A DNA stretch of 64,000 nt from Terriglobia bacterium. Lineage in GTDB: Bacteria > Acidobacteriota > Terriglobia > 20CM-2-55-15. Within the stretch, counting starts at the first letter, position 1, and each line of letters starts with the position of its first letter. Under the pieces are notes generated by a model. It saw nothing but the letters and a program-made list of their open reading frames with translations. It made no database searches and had not been told where the DNA came from. Shown here piece after piece: positions 52,379 to 61,314 of the stretch. The translations under genes and the position numbers were made by a program. The DNA lies in assembly GCA_963555775.3 (NCBI GenBank), contig CAUVWY020000005.1:332855-396854 (forward strand). Reading direction: 5' to 3'.

Positions 52379-52608
52379 GTCCACATACCCGCCTGCGTCA
52401 TCGGATGCACGTCGTGCTGCACATGGCCATGACCTTTGTCATCACCATTCTACTGGCGCAGCTCTGGCTGTTTACCGTTGCGCTCGAAGCCATGGAGAGC
52501 CGGGACGCGCCGGAGACGATCGTCGTGGCCGCGCTGGTTGTCTCGTTCCTCGGCTGCTCGGCGGTGTGGCTGTTGATCCGATTCTTTTTACGCGCGGAGA
52601 AGTCATAG
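52375..52608 (+). CDS. Small two-TM protein (DUF6755-like)
   Basis: LLAQLWLFTVALEA motif; ATGA-coupled to the Rieske gene. Confidence 0.7.
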   Translation: MSPHTRLRHRMHVVLHMAMTFVITILLAQLWLFTVALEAMESRDAPETIVVAALVVSFLGCSAVWLLIRFFLRAEKS

Positions 52609-52636
52609 AGATTCAACTCGGGAGCGCCTTCATATT

Positions 52637-55144
52637 GTGAACAGCAAGAAGCAGAAACTGGTGGTGGTCGGCAACGGTATGGCCGGAGCTCGTGTCGTCG
52701 AGGAGATTCTGCGACGGGCGCCGGAGCGTTTCGACATCGTAATGTTCGGGGCCGAACCGTACGGCAATTACAACCGCATCCTGTTGAGCAACGTGCTCAA
52801 CGGCAGCCAGAACGCAACGGACATCTTCATGAACTCGTTGGCGTGGTATCGGGACAACGGCATCCGGCTGCACGCCGGTGTCAAGGCAATCCTGATCGAC
52901 CGCGAGCGCGGTGTCGTCGTGGGCGTGCCGCTCCAGAAAGACGCCATGGCCTACAGTGTCGACGCGGCCGCAGAGTGGGGCGTGCCCGAGATCGAAGAGC
53001 CTTACGACAACGTCATCATCGCTACCGGCTCGCGGCCCTTTGTCCCGCCGATGGAGGGTTTCGGCGGACCCGGAACTTTCGTGTTCCGCACCATCGACGA
53101 TTGCGCGCGCATCGCCGACTATGCCCGCGCCAGCCGGCGTGCCGCTGTCATCGGCGGTGGCTTGCTGGGGCTTGAAGCCGCGCGCGGGCTCATGACGCAT
53201 GGAGTCGAAGTCACGGTACTGGAAGCAGCGCCGCAGTTGATGGGCGCTCAACTCGACTCCGAAGCGGGCGACATACTTCGCAAGACAATCGAATCGATGG
53301 GTATCAAGGTGCTGTGCAACACCATCACCACCCGCATCGTCCGTCCGAATGGCCGCATCACCGATCTCGAATTCAGGGATGGCGCCACCCTGGACACCGA
53401 CATGGTCGTTGTCAGCGCGGGCATTCGTCCCATTACGGAAACCGCTGAAGCCTCGGGGTTGAAGGTGAACCGGGCTATCGTCTGCGACGACCAGATGCGA
53501 ACCAGCGACCCCGCCATCTTCGCTCTCGGAGAATGCGTCGAGCACTGCGGTCAGCTCTACGGCCTTGTGGATCCGATCTGGGAGCAGGCCGAGGTGCTGG
53601 CGGACGTGATCACCAGCACCCGGCCCGATGCCGCGTATCGCGGTTCCAAGCTGGGCACGAAATTGAAGGTCATGGGCGTGGAACTGGCCTCCATGGGAGA
53701 GACCCGGCCGGCGGGTCCGGATGACGAAGTGGTTGTCTATCGCGAACCCGTCGGAGGCATCTACAAAAAGCTGATCGTTCGGAACAACCGGATTGCCGGG
53801 GCCATTCTCCTTGGGGACATCGAGGCCGCCGATACCCTGCTGCAGATGTTCCGGGCGGGGGTCAAGGTGCCCGCACGCCGGGCCGATCTGCTGTTCGGCA
53901 CCCCCACGGGCGTCGGTTTGCTGCAGGTATCGGATTTGCCCGACAACGCGCAGATCTGCAATTGCAACGGCGTCAGCAAGCGCCAGGTCGTGGAAGCGAT
54001 CGAGACCGGCGGCTGCCAGAGCGTCTCCAGGGTGGGCGCGGCGACCAAGGCCGGGACGGGATGCGGTTCGTGCAAGACCCTGGTGGCCCAGTTGCTCGAA
54101 TCGTGTCTGGGCGAGGTGGGCTTCGATCCAGGAGAACATTACTACGTTCCCGGCATCGCCCTTGAGAAATCCCAACTCGTCGCTGAGATCAAGAACCGCG
54201 GTCTCAAATCCGTGAGTGACGTGTTCCGCGAACTGGCCGGCGGAAATGAAGACGCCGCCAGCAAGGTCGGTCTGGCTTCCCTGTTGAAGACCCTGTGGCC
54301 CGGTGAGTACGAAGACGAGCGCGACGCACGCTTCATCAACGACCGCGTCCACGCCAATATCCAGAAGGACGGAACGTTTTCCGTTGTCCCGCGCATCTAC
54401 GGCGGTGTCACGACACCGGACGAACTTATGCGCATCGCCCAGGTTGCCGTCAAGTACCAGGTGCGGATGGTGAAGTTGACCGGGGGACAGCGCATCGACC
54501 TGCTGGGCATCAAGAAAGAAAACCTGCCGGGCGTCTGGAAAGAACTCGGCATGCCCAGCGGCCACGCCTACACCAAGGCGTTCCGAACCTGCAAGAGTTG
54601 TGTCGGCACCGACTTCTGCCGGTATGGCGTGGGCGATTCGATCGCGATGTCCCAGAAGATCGAACGCCGCTTTCAGGGTGTCGAGTCGCCTCACAAGATG
54701 AAGCTGGCCACCGCGGGATGTCCCCGCAACTGTTCCGAGGCCTACGTCAAGGATCTCGGGGCGGTTGCCATCGAAGGCGGACAGTGGGAAATCTACGTTG
54801 GAGGCGCCGCGGGCGGCAGCGTGCGCAAGGGCGACCTGCTGACGACGGTCAACACCGACGACGAGGTGCTGCTGTACATGGGCCGGTTCATGCAGTACTA
54901 CCGCGAACACGGCAAGTACCTGGAACGCTCCTACGGCTTCGTTGAACGGCTCGGTATCGAAAATCTGCGAAAGATTCTGGTCGAGGACAGCCTCGGCATC
55001 TGCGAACAATTGGATCGAGAGATCCAGAAGGCAGTCGACGCCTACCATGATCCGTGGAAAGAAGCGGATCTACCCGATCATCCCGCGCAGTTCAGCGGGC
55101 CGGAATTGGCGTACGTGCTGGATGTGGCTGAAAACAATGGCTGA
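52637..55144 (+). CDS. nirB: NAD(P)H nitrite reductase large subunit
   Basis: VVGNGMAG, GGGLLGLEAA, CNCNGV..GCGSC, NDRVHANIQKDGT, siroheme ligands CKSCVG..FC / GCPRNC. Confidence 0.95.
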   Translation: MNSKKQKLVVVGNGMAGARVVEEILRRAPERFDIVMFGAEPYGNYNRILLSNVLNGSQNATDIFMNSLAWYRDNGIRLHAGVKAILIDRERGVVVGVPLQKDAMAYSVDAAAEWGVPEIEEPYDNVIIATGSRPFVPPMEGFGGPGTFVFRTIDDCARIADYARASRRAAVIGGGLLGLEAARGLMTHGVEVTVLEAAPQLMGAQLDSEAGDILRKTIESMGIKVLCNTITTRIVRPNGRITDLEFRDGATLDTDMVVVSAGIRPITETAEASGLKVNRAIVCDDQMRTSDPAIFALGECVEHCGQLYGLVDPIWEQAEVLADVITSTRPDAAYRGSKLGTKLKVMGVELASMGETRPAGPDDEVVVYREPVGGIYKKLIVRNNRIAGAILLGDIEAADTLLQMFRAGVKVPARRADLLFGTPTGVGLLQVSDLPDNAQICNCNGVSKRQVVEAIETGGCQSVSRVGAATKAGTGCGSCKTLVAQLLESCLGEVGFDPGEHYYVPGIALEKSQLVAEIKNRGLKSVSDVFRELAGGNEDAASKVGLASLLKTLWPGEYEDERDARFINDRVHANIQKDGTFSVVPRIYGGVTTPDELMRIAQVAVKYQVRMVKLTGGQRIDLLGIKKENLPGVWKELGMPSGHAYTKAFRTCKSCVGTDFCRYGVGDSIAMSQKIERRFQGVESPHKMKLATAGCPRNCSEAYVKDLGAVAIEGGQWEIYVGGAAGGSVRKGDLLTTVNTDDEVLLYMGRFMQYYREHGKYLERSYGFVERLGIENLRKILVEDSLGICEQLDREIQKAVDAYHDPWKEADLPDHPAQFSGPELAYVLDVAENNG

Positions 55145-55475
55145 AACATTAGACAAGGTCCGCCCGATCGATGTGGGCGAAATCACCGCAATCCCGATGG
55201 GGCAGGGCCGCTGCTACATTGTCGGCACCGAGGAAATTGCCCTATTCCGGCAGCGTGACGGCCGGTTGTTCGCCGCCCAGAATCGCTGCCCGCACCGCTC
55301 GGGTCCACTGGCCGAAGGCTTGCTCGGGGGCAATCACGTTATCTGTCCGTTGCACGCCCACAAGTTCAATCTGGACACCGGCAAGGGAACCGAGCCCAAC
55401 GAATGCCTGCGCGTCTACACCGTACGGGAAGTCGAGGGCAAGATCCTGTTGAGCCCGGAAGACGTGGACAGTTGA
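55137..55475 (+). CDS. nirD: Nitrite reductase small (Rieske-type) subunit
   Basis: NRCPHRSGPLAEG and CPLH; directly after nirB. Confidence 0.88.
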   Translation: MAETLDKVRPIDVGEITAIPMGQGRCYIVGTEEIALFRQRDGRLFAAQNRCPHRSGPLAEGLLGGNHVICPLHAHKFNLDTGKGTEPNECLRVYTVREVEGKILLSPEDVDS

Positions 55476-55595
55476 TACATTTTTGTAACTCCACCCCTGA
55501 TTTCGCTACTTTCTTGTATTTCCGCCAATTCGACAAAATTGTCGCGCTCCAGCTATCCGACTGACTGACAGAGAGATACCGCCTTGCCGTGGAAA

Positions 55596-55611
55596 TGGTT
55601 CTCCGTTTGCA
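55596..55611 (+). promoter_or_regulatory. sigma54 promoter of the nitrate transporter gene
   Basis: TGGTTCTCCGTTTGCA (GG-N10-GC); UAS-like CGACAAAATTGTCGCG at 55531-55546. Confidence 0.6.
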
Positions 55612-55676
55612 AATCGATGAGGCATTCGAGTGCCCTGAGAGCGGGGACGCACTGTTGAACTGTTGAAAGGAAAGAC

Positions 55677-57017
55677 ATGGAATTCAAGAACAAAGCCACG
55701 AAGATCAAACTATTCAGCCTGAACAGCATTCCGATGCGAACGTTTCATATGACCTGGTTCGCGTTCTTCCTTTGTTTCTTCGGTTGGTTCGGTATCGCCC
55801 CGCTCATGGCGGTGGTGCGCGAGGATCTGAACCTGACTGCCCAACAGGTCGGCAACACCGTAATCGCGTCCGTACTGATCACGGTCTTTGGCCGCATCCT
55901 GGTCGGATGGTTGTGCGACAAGATTGGGCCACGGAAAGCGTACACCTACCTTCTGGTGCTGGGCGCCCTGCCCGTCATGGGCATCGGCTTGTCAACGAAC
56001 TACGAAACTTTTCTATTGTTCCGGCTCGCGATCGGCGGAATCGGCGCTTCATTTGTCATCACGCAGTACCACACCTCGGTCATGTTTGCGCCGAATGTCG
56101 TCGGCACGGCGAATGCCACGACAGCAGGGTGGGGAAACCTGGGGAGCGGTGTGACCCAGGCGACCATGCCTCTGATCCTTTCAATGATCCTGATGTTTGT
56201 AGCGTCCGAGTCGCTCGGCTGGCGCATCGCCATGGTGATTCCCGGGATTGCGCTCCTGGTGACAGCGTATATTTACTGGCGGTTCACGGTCGACTCACCC
56301 GACGGCAACTACGCGGACCTGCGCAAGCGCAAAGCAATGGCGTCCGGAGAGTCGGTCAACGGCACGATTTGGGAGGCTGCCGGGGACGTCCGCGTCTGGG
56401 CGCTATTCGTCATCTACGGTGCGTGCTTCGGGATAGAACTGACGATGAACAACATCGCGGCCCTCTACTACTTCGACTATTTCGGCCTCAACCTGCAGAG
56501 CGCCGGTTTGGTTGCGGCGCTATTCGGTGGCATGAACATCTTTACCCGTACCCTCGGAGGAGTTACCGGGGACCGGTGTGGCAGACGCTGGGGTTTGAAA
56601 GGCCGCGTTCGATTCATGGGAATTATCCTTTTCCTGGAAGGCATCGCACTGATGCTCTTCTCGCAGATGACCACCCTTCCCCTGGCAATCGGAACCATGA
56701 TGTTGACGGGCCTGTGCGTACAGATGTCGAACGGGGCCACGTTTTCGGTCGTTCCGTTCATCAACAAGCGGGCGCTGGGGTCGGTGGCGGGAATCGTCGG
56801 CGCGGGTGGAAATGCCGGGGCGGTTGCGGCGGGTTTTCTGTTCCGAAGCCCCGATTTGCCATGGCCGACAGCGCTGTTCATCCTGGGCGTTGTGGTGGTC
56901 TCGGTGTCGAGTCTTGCTTTGCTGGTACGTTTTTCAGAGGCCGAAGAGACCGCCGTCAAGATGGAGATTACAACCCGGATGCAGGCCGCTTCCGCTTCCG
57001 TCGGAGTCGAAACATAA
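55677..57017 (+). CDS. NarK/NRT2-family nitrate/nitrite MFS transporter
   Basis: MRTFHMTW..FF.CFFGWF, GTANATTAGWGNLG, YGACFGIEL, GIVGAGGN. Confidence 0.93.
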   Translation: MEFKNKATKIKLFSLNSIPMRTFHMTWFAFFLCFFGWFGIAPLMAVVREDLNLTAQQVGNTVIASVLITVFGRILVGWLCDKIGPRKAYTYLLVLGALPVMGIGLSTNYETFLLFRLAIGGIGASFVITQYHTSVMFAPNVVGTANATTAGWGNLGSGVTQATMPLILSMILMFVASESLGWRIAMVIPGIALLVTAYIYWRFTVDSPDGNYADLRKRKAMASGESVNGTIWEAAGDVRVWALFVIYGACFGIELTMNNIAALYYFDYFGLNLQSAGLVAALFGGMNIFTRTLGGVTGDRCGRRWGLKGRVRFMGIILFLEGIALMLFSQMTTLPLAIGTMMLTGLCVQMSNGATFSVVPFINKRALGSVAGIVGAGGNAGAVAAGFLFRSPDLPWPTALFILGVVVVSVSSLALLVRFSEAEETAVKMEITTRMQAASASVGVET

Positions 57018-57183
57018 CAGACGCCGGATGCCGCCGCCGGATTACGGGCGAGGCGGTCACACCGCGATCACATCGCGATCACATATCCTCCCCGGCACAC
57101 TTGATTAGTGCTTACGCCGCCGGTCTTTGGCATAATCGGATCGCTCCACGCCAATGTACGAACGTTCTCGAGGTGTGCCATCG

Positions 57184-57657
57184 ATGAATGATGCCATAGC
57201 AAAGAAAGCGCGCGCGAAGGACAGGAGTTCGGAGGCGCGTGTCGTCATGGTCCGTAAAGGTACAGGAGACCTGGGACAGGAGATCGTCGTGGGGACCCAC
57301 ATCCTGACCGCCGACGAACCCGAACCGTTGGGTACCGACACGGGCCCAACCCCTTACAACCTGTTGGCAGCCGCGCTTGGCGCGTGCACGTCGATGACGC
57401 TCACGCTGTATGCCCAGCGCAAGGAGTGGCCCCTGGAAAGCGTCACCGTGGTGCTCCGCCACGACAAGATTCACGCCGAAGACTGTGCGGATTGCGAAAC
57501 CCGGGTAGGCAAGGTCGACCGCATCGAACGGGCCATCGAACTGGAAGGCCCGTTGACCGAGGAACAACGTCAACGGTTGCTGGAAATTGCCGAGAAATGT
57601 CCCGTCAAGCGGACACTGAGTTCGGAGATCAGTATTCGGTCGCGGTTGGTGGACTAG
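57184..57657 (+). CDS. OsmC/YhfA-family protein
   Basis: ADEP...G.DTGPTPY.LL.AALGACT, IAEKCPV. Confidence 0.9.
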   Translation: MNDAIAKKARAKDRSSEARVVMVRKGTGDLGQEIVVGTHILTADEPEPLGTDTGPTPYNLLAAALGACTSMTLTLYAQRKEWPLESVTVVLRHDKIHAEDCADCETRVGKVDRIERAIELEGPLTEEQRQRLLEIAEKCPVKRTLSSEISIRSRLVD

Positions 57658-57680
57658 CGTCTATCGAACCGTCCGTCCGC

Positions 57681-58949
57681 CTACCGGCTCTCGGCGGGTT
57701 CTTCGCGCAGTTCCCCGGTGCCCTGCATGCTCGAAACCGTTTCGTGTGCCGGGGTCGAATCCGAAACCCTCAGAGACAGCACGATCACCACACCCGCTAC
57801 CAAGGCACCCCCGAAAAAAGGCGCGCCGTGCGCAACTTGCTGAAAAAGCGCGCTCGAGATCAATGGTGAAACGGTTCGCGCCATCCCGGCGAATGACTGC
57901 GCGGTACCCATCATCGTCCCCAACTCCGACTGGTCCGACCAACGCGAAATCAAGGCTGTGGTCGAGGGAAAGGCCAGTGCCGTTCCGACGGGAATCAGCG
58001 ACATCAGGGCCATGAACAGCCAGAAATTGCCGACAAAGGGAAAGCTCAGGAAGCCCGCCATCAGGCTCAACGCTCCAAGCCGCATCGTCCATGCCTCGCC
58101 AACACGATTGACGATCGGACCCAGAAGCAGGGATCGCAACACAACGGAGAGGAAGCCCGTGTACAGGAACACGTATCCGATGTTTCCGGCGTCGATCCCG
58201 AATTCGGCTGCCATATAAAGCGTCACCACCGCGGTAAAGGCGGAAAACGCAAACATGCCCAAACCGTAGATCCACACCAGGCGCGACGCGATTTTCCGGG
58301 GCCGGCGCACCACCACCCAAGCCGTATGCCATACCGGTTTTCGCTTTCGGGTCCGGCTCACCTCTCCGGCATCGGAGGATTCCCTGAGCCAGGTCCAGGC
58401 AAAAATCATGTTCACGACACACAGGCTGGCGGCGATAAGCCCAGGTGCGGCGTGCCCCCAGGCCGAGGCGGTCGAACCGATGACGGGCCCCAGCATCGTA
58501 CCGGCGGAAGTCGCCGCCGACAACCAACCCAACGAACGCGTCCGGTCCCTGGGCGGAACGGTGTCGGCAACATACGCATGCAGCACACCCGTGGTTCCGC
58601 CTCCCGCTCCCTGGATCATCCGAGACAACAGGAGCCCCCAAAAGGAACCGGCGAATCCAAAAACGACGAACGACACGGCGGACGCGCCAAGGCTGATCAG
58701 AATGGCGGGGCGGCGTCCATACCGGTCGGAAAACCGTCCCCAGAGAGGCGAAGCGAGCAACTGGGCGAGCGAGAACGACGCGATGACGATGCCCAGCCCG
58801 AACGGAGAAATATTGAAATCGAGGGCGTAGAACGTCAACAACGGAAAGATCATCGCGAAGCCAAGCATGTCCATGCAGGCGACCGCGATGAGGACCGCGA
58901 GCATTCTGAACTGCGCCGATTTTGAAGATCGGATTGGCTCTGTACTCAC
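57681..58949 (-). CDS. TetA-like MFS transporter
   Basis: DMLGFAMIFP, WGRFSDRYGRRP, AYVAD, LGPVIG; GTG start inferred. Confidence 0.88.
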   Translation of the reverse strand: MSTEPIRSSKSAQFRMLAVLIAVACMDMLGFAMIFPLLTFYALDFNISPFGLGIVIASFSLAQLLASPLWGRFSDRYGRRPAILISLGASAVSFVVFGFAGSFWGLLLSRMIQGAGGGTTGVLHAYVADTVPPRDRTRSLGWLSAATSAGTMLGPVIGSTASAWGHAAPGLIAASLCVVNMIFAWTWLRESSDAGEVSRTRKRKPVWHTAWVVVRRPRKIASRLVWIYGLGMFAFSAFTAVVTLYMAAEFGIDAGNIGYVFLYTGFLSVVLRSLLLGPIVNRVGEAWTMRLGALSLMAGFLSFPFVGNFWLFMALMSLIPVGTALAFPSTTALISRWSDQSELGTMMGTAQSFAGMARTVSPLISSALFQQVAHGAPFFGGALVAGVVIVLSLRVSDSTPAHETVSSMQGTGELREEPAESR

Positions 58950-60124
58950 CCGCCTGACACCAGGGCTTCGGCCGCCACGCCGGGCGGCGTCGCATCGTCG
59001 AGACCGTCGAGGTATCCTTCGGGAAGGGCCACCTTCTGGATGCCTCCCTTCTTGCCCCGCTTCACGCGCATCGCGGCAGGCGGGAACCTCTGATGCCGGT
59101 CCACCCCGTCGAACAGGTCTTTCAGTTCCCGAACTGTCCGGACTCGCATCATGTTCTGCCGGGTCCCGGAGTCGAGGCTGAAACCTTTCGTATACCAGGA
59201 AATGTGACGCCGAAATCCGGTCATGGCCCCGGGCTCGCCGAACCACTCTGCCAGAAGGTTTGCGTGTTCGAACATGATGTCCAGAACTTCGGCAAACCCG
59301 GGCGGATCGACCGGGTCTTGTCCGTCGAACACGTCCACCAGATCCCGGAAGAGCCAGGGCCGGCCCAGACAACCCCGTCCCACGATCACACCGTCACAAC
59401 CGGTTTGCCGCATCATCCGGAGCGCGTCGTGCGCCTCCCAGATATCCCCATTACCCAGGACGGGTATTCCCACCGATGCCTTCAGTTCCCCGATGGAATC
59501 CCAGTGCGCCTCGCCTGAATACAGTTCGGCAGCCGTTCGGGCGTGGAGCCCGACGGACGCGCATCCTTCGTCTTCGGCCACGCGGCCTGAATCGCGATAC
59601 GTCATGTGCGCGTCGTCGACGCCGAGCCTGAACTTGATGGTGACCGGCACATTGCCCGCGCTCCGGACCGCGGCCCGGACGATCGACGACAGCAGCCGCG
59701 GTTTCAGGGGAATGGCGGCGCCGCCCCCCTTGCGGGTAACCTTGCGCACAGGACATCCGAAGTTCATGTCGATATGATCGACCCTTCCCTCGCCCACCAA
59801 CCGCAGTACCGCTTCGCGAACGTAGTGGGGGTCGGTCCCGTACAACTGCAAACTTCGCGGTTTTTCGTCAGGGCCGAAATCCGCCAACTTCAATGTTTTT
59901 TTACTACTACCCACCAAGGGACGGGCGGCGATCATTTCACTAACGTACAGCCCGGCGCCAAAACGGCGGCAGATCGAGCGAAAAGGATAGTTTGTGACCC
60001 CGGCCATCGGCGCCAGCACCACGGGCGGCCACACCGCGATCGGACCCACTTCGAGCAGCGGAAATTCGCCGGGTTTCGCTGCGGGAACGGACCGATTCAA
60101 TTCGCTCTTGTAGACCGAATCCAT
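58946..60124 (-). CDS. dusB: tRNA-dihydrouridine synthase
   Basis: LAPMAGVTN, IDMNFGCPV.KV, LHART, GNGDI, GRGCLGRPW. Confidence 0.93.
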   Translation of the reverse strand: MDSVYKSELNRSVPAAKPGEFPLLEVGPIAVWPPVVLAPMAGVTNYPFRSICRRFGAGLYVSEMIAARPLVGSSKKTLKLADFGPDEKPRSLQLYGTDPHYVREAVLRLVGEGRVDHIDMNFGCPVRKVTRKGGGAAIPLKPRLLSSIVRAAVRSAGNVPVTIKFRLGVDDAHMTYRDSGRVAEDEGCASVGLHARTAAELYSGEAHWDSIGELKASVGIPVLGNGDIWEAHDALRMMRQTGCDGVIVGRGCLGRPWLFRDLVDVFDGQDPVDPPGFAEVLDIMFEHANLLAEWFGEPGAMTGFRRHISWYTKGFSLDSGTRQNMMRVRTVRELKDLFDGVDRHQRFPPAAMRVKRGKKGGIQKVALPEGYLDGLDDATPPGVAAEALVSGG

Positions 60125-60213
60125 CGAGTCGATCTTAGCACGGCCGCTTTGTGCCCAATGTTGGACGACCGGGCGAGGGGAACCGCCAATTCGAATGTGC
60201 TATTCTCGCCCGA

Positions 60214-61314
60214 ATGGGGCGGCTGCTGATCCTCACTTCCGACACCGGCGAAGGTCACAACTCCGCCGCCGCGGCGATCATGGGATCGGCGCTCGAAGCC
60301 GGATGGCAGGTTTCGATCAAGAAACCTTCCGAAGATTCTTCTGCCGGGAATCGAACGCTCAACGGTTTCTACAACTTCCTTCTCACGCATCGCCCCGGAC
60401 TGGTGGGAGTGCTGTTCAAGGCGATCGATCTTCTGAAACCCAACGAAGTCGATTTCTGCTATCGCCGGGTCCGCGACTACATCGGCCGATTGATCACTCG
60501 AGAAGCGCCGGATTCGATCCTGTCGGTGCACCCCATGCTCAACCACTTCATTCAGCGCTGGGTCGTCGAGCACGATCTCGGAATCCCCTGCTACACCTTC
60601 GTTACGGATCCGTTCCCTCCATTCTGGAAAGGATGGAGTTCACCGTACATCGATCGCTATTTTGTGCTGACTGAGGAAGCGGGAGAGGCTTTGGCAGAAA
60701 ATGGGGTCGACAGGGATCGTATCGAGCAGGTTTCGATGCCGCTGCGCCGGGTATTTCGGCCGCATACGCCCGAGGAAGTGGCCGCCCTCCGATCGGACCT
60801 TCGGATCGAGGGAGACGTCATTCTGGTCAACGGCGGCGCACGCGGAGGAGGTCCCGTGGAACGGCTGATCCGCACCATCCGCGAGTGCCGTCCCAACCTC
60901 AACGTCCTGGCGGCGTGCGGCCACAATGCCGCTTTGCGACGCCGGTTGGATCGAGCCGGGGATCCCGGAATCCGAACCTTCGGCTACGTCGACGAGATCC
61001 ACTCGCTGTTGGGCGCGGCGGATCTGGTCGTGACGAAACCCGGCGCCCTCACCACCTACGAGTCTCTGGCCTCCCGTGTTCCGGCAGTGCTGACGGCCAT
61101 CGGCGGTCTGATGCCGCAGGAATCGGGACTTTTCGATGCGGCCCGCAATCGGGGATTCGGATTCGCGGTCCGGACCCTGGATGAACTGCGGAGCGTCGTT
61201 TCCAGGGGTGTGGACGACTGGCAAAAAAAACGCGACGCCATCGCCGATTTTTATCGTCCCGGCGCAGCGCCCGAACTGATCGAAAGGATCCTACCGTCTC
61301 ATGTCCGGCCCTGA
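60214..61314 (+). CDS. MGDG-synthase/UgtP-like glycosyltransferase (GT28)
   Basis: TGEGHNSAA, SVHP, VTD, CGHN..L, VTKPGALT..E..A, PQE. Confidence 0.85.
   Translation: MGRLLILTSDTGEGHNSAAAAIMGSALEAGWQVSIKKPSEDSSAGNRTLNGFYNFLLTHRPGLVGVLFKAIDLLKPNEVDFCYRRVRDYIGRLITREAPDSILSVHPMLNHFIQRWVVEHDLGIPCYTFVTDPFPPFWKGWSSPYIDRYFVLTEEAGEALAENGVDRDRIEQVSMPLRRVFRPHTPEEVAALRSDLRIEGDVILVNGGARGGGPVERLIRTIRECRPNLNVLAACGHNAALRRRLDRAGDPGIRTFGYVDEIHSLLGAADLVVTKPGALTTYESLASRVPAVLTAIGGLMPQESGLFDAARNRGFGFAVRTLDELRSVVSRGVDDWQKKRDAIADFYRPGAAPELIERILPSHVRP

Noticed and set aside
49059-55048. Long antisense ORFs (809 and 811 aa; likewise 19674-21419 and others)
   Set aside because: Shadow frames of high-GC genes with no recognisable motifs
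55612-55660. ANTAR (NasT/NasR) dual-hairpin in the transporter leader
   Set aside because: Only one small hairpin (GGCA-TTCGAG-TGCC) without the expected loop consensus, and no terminator
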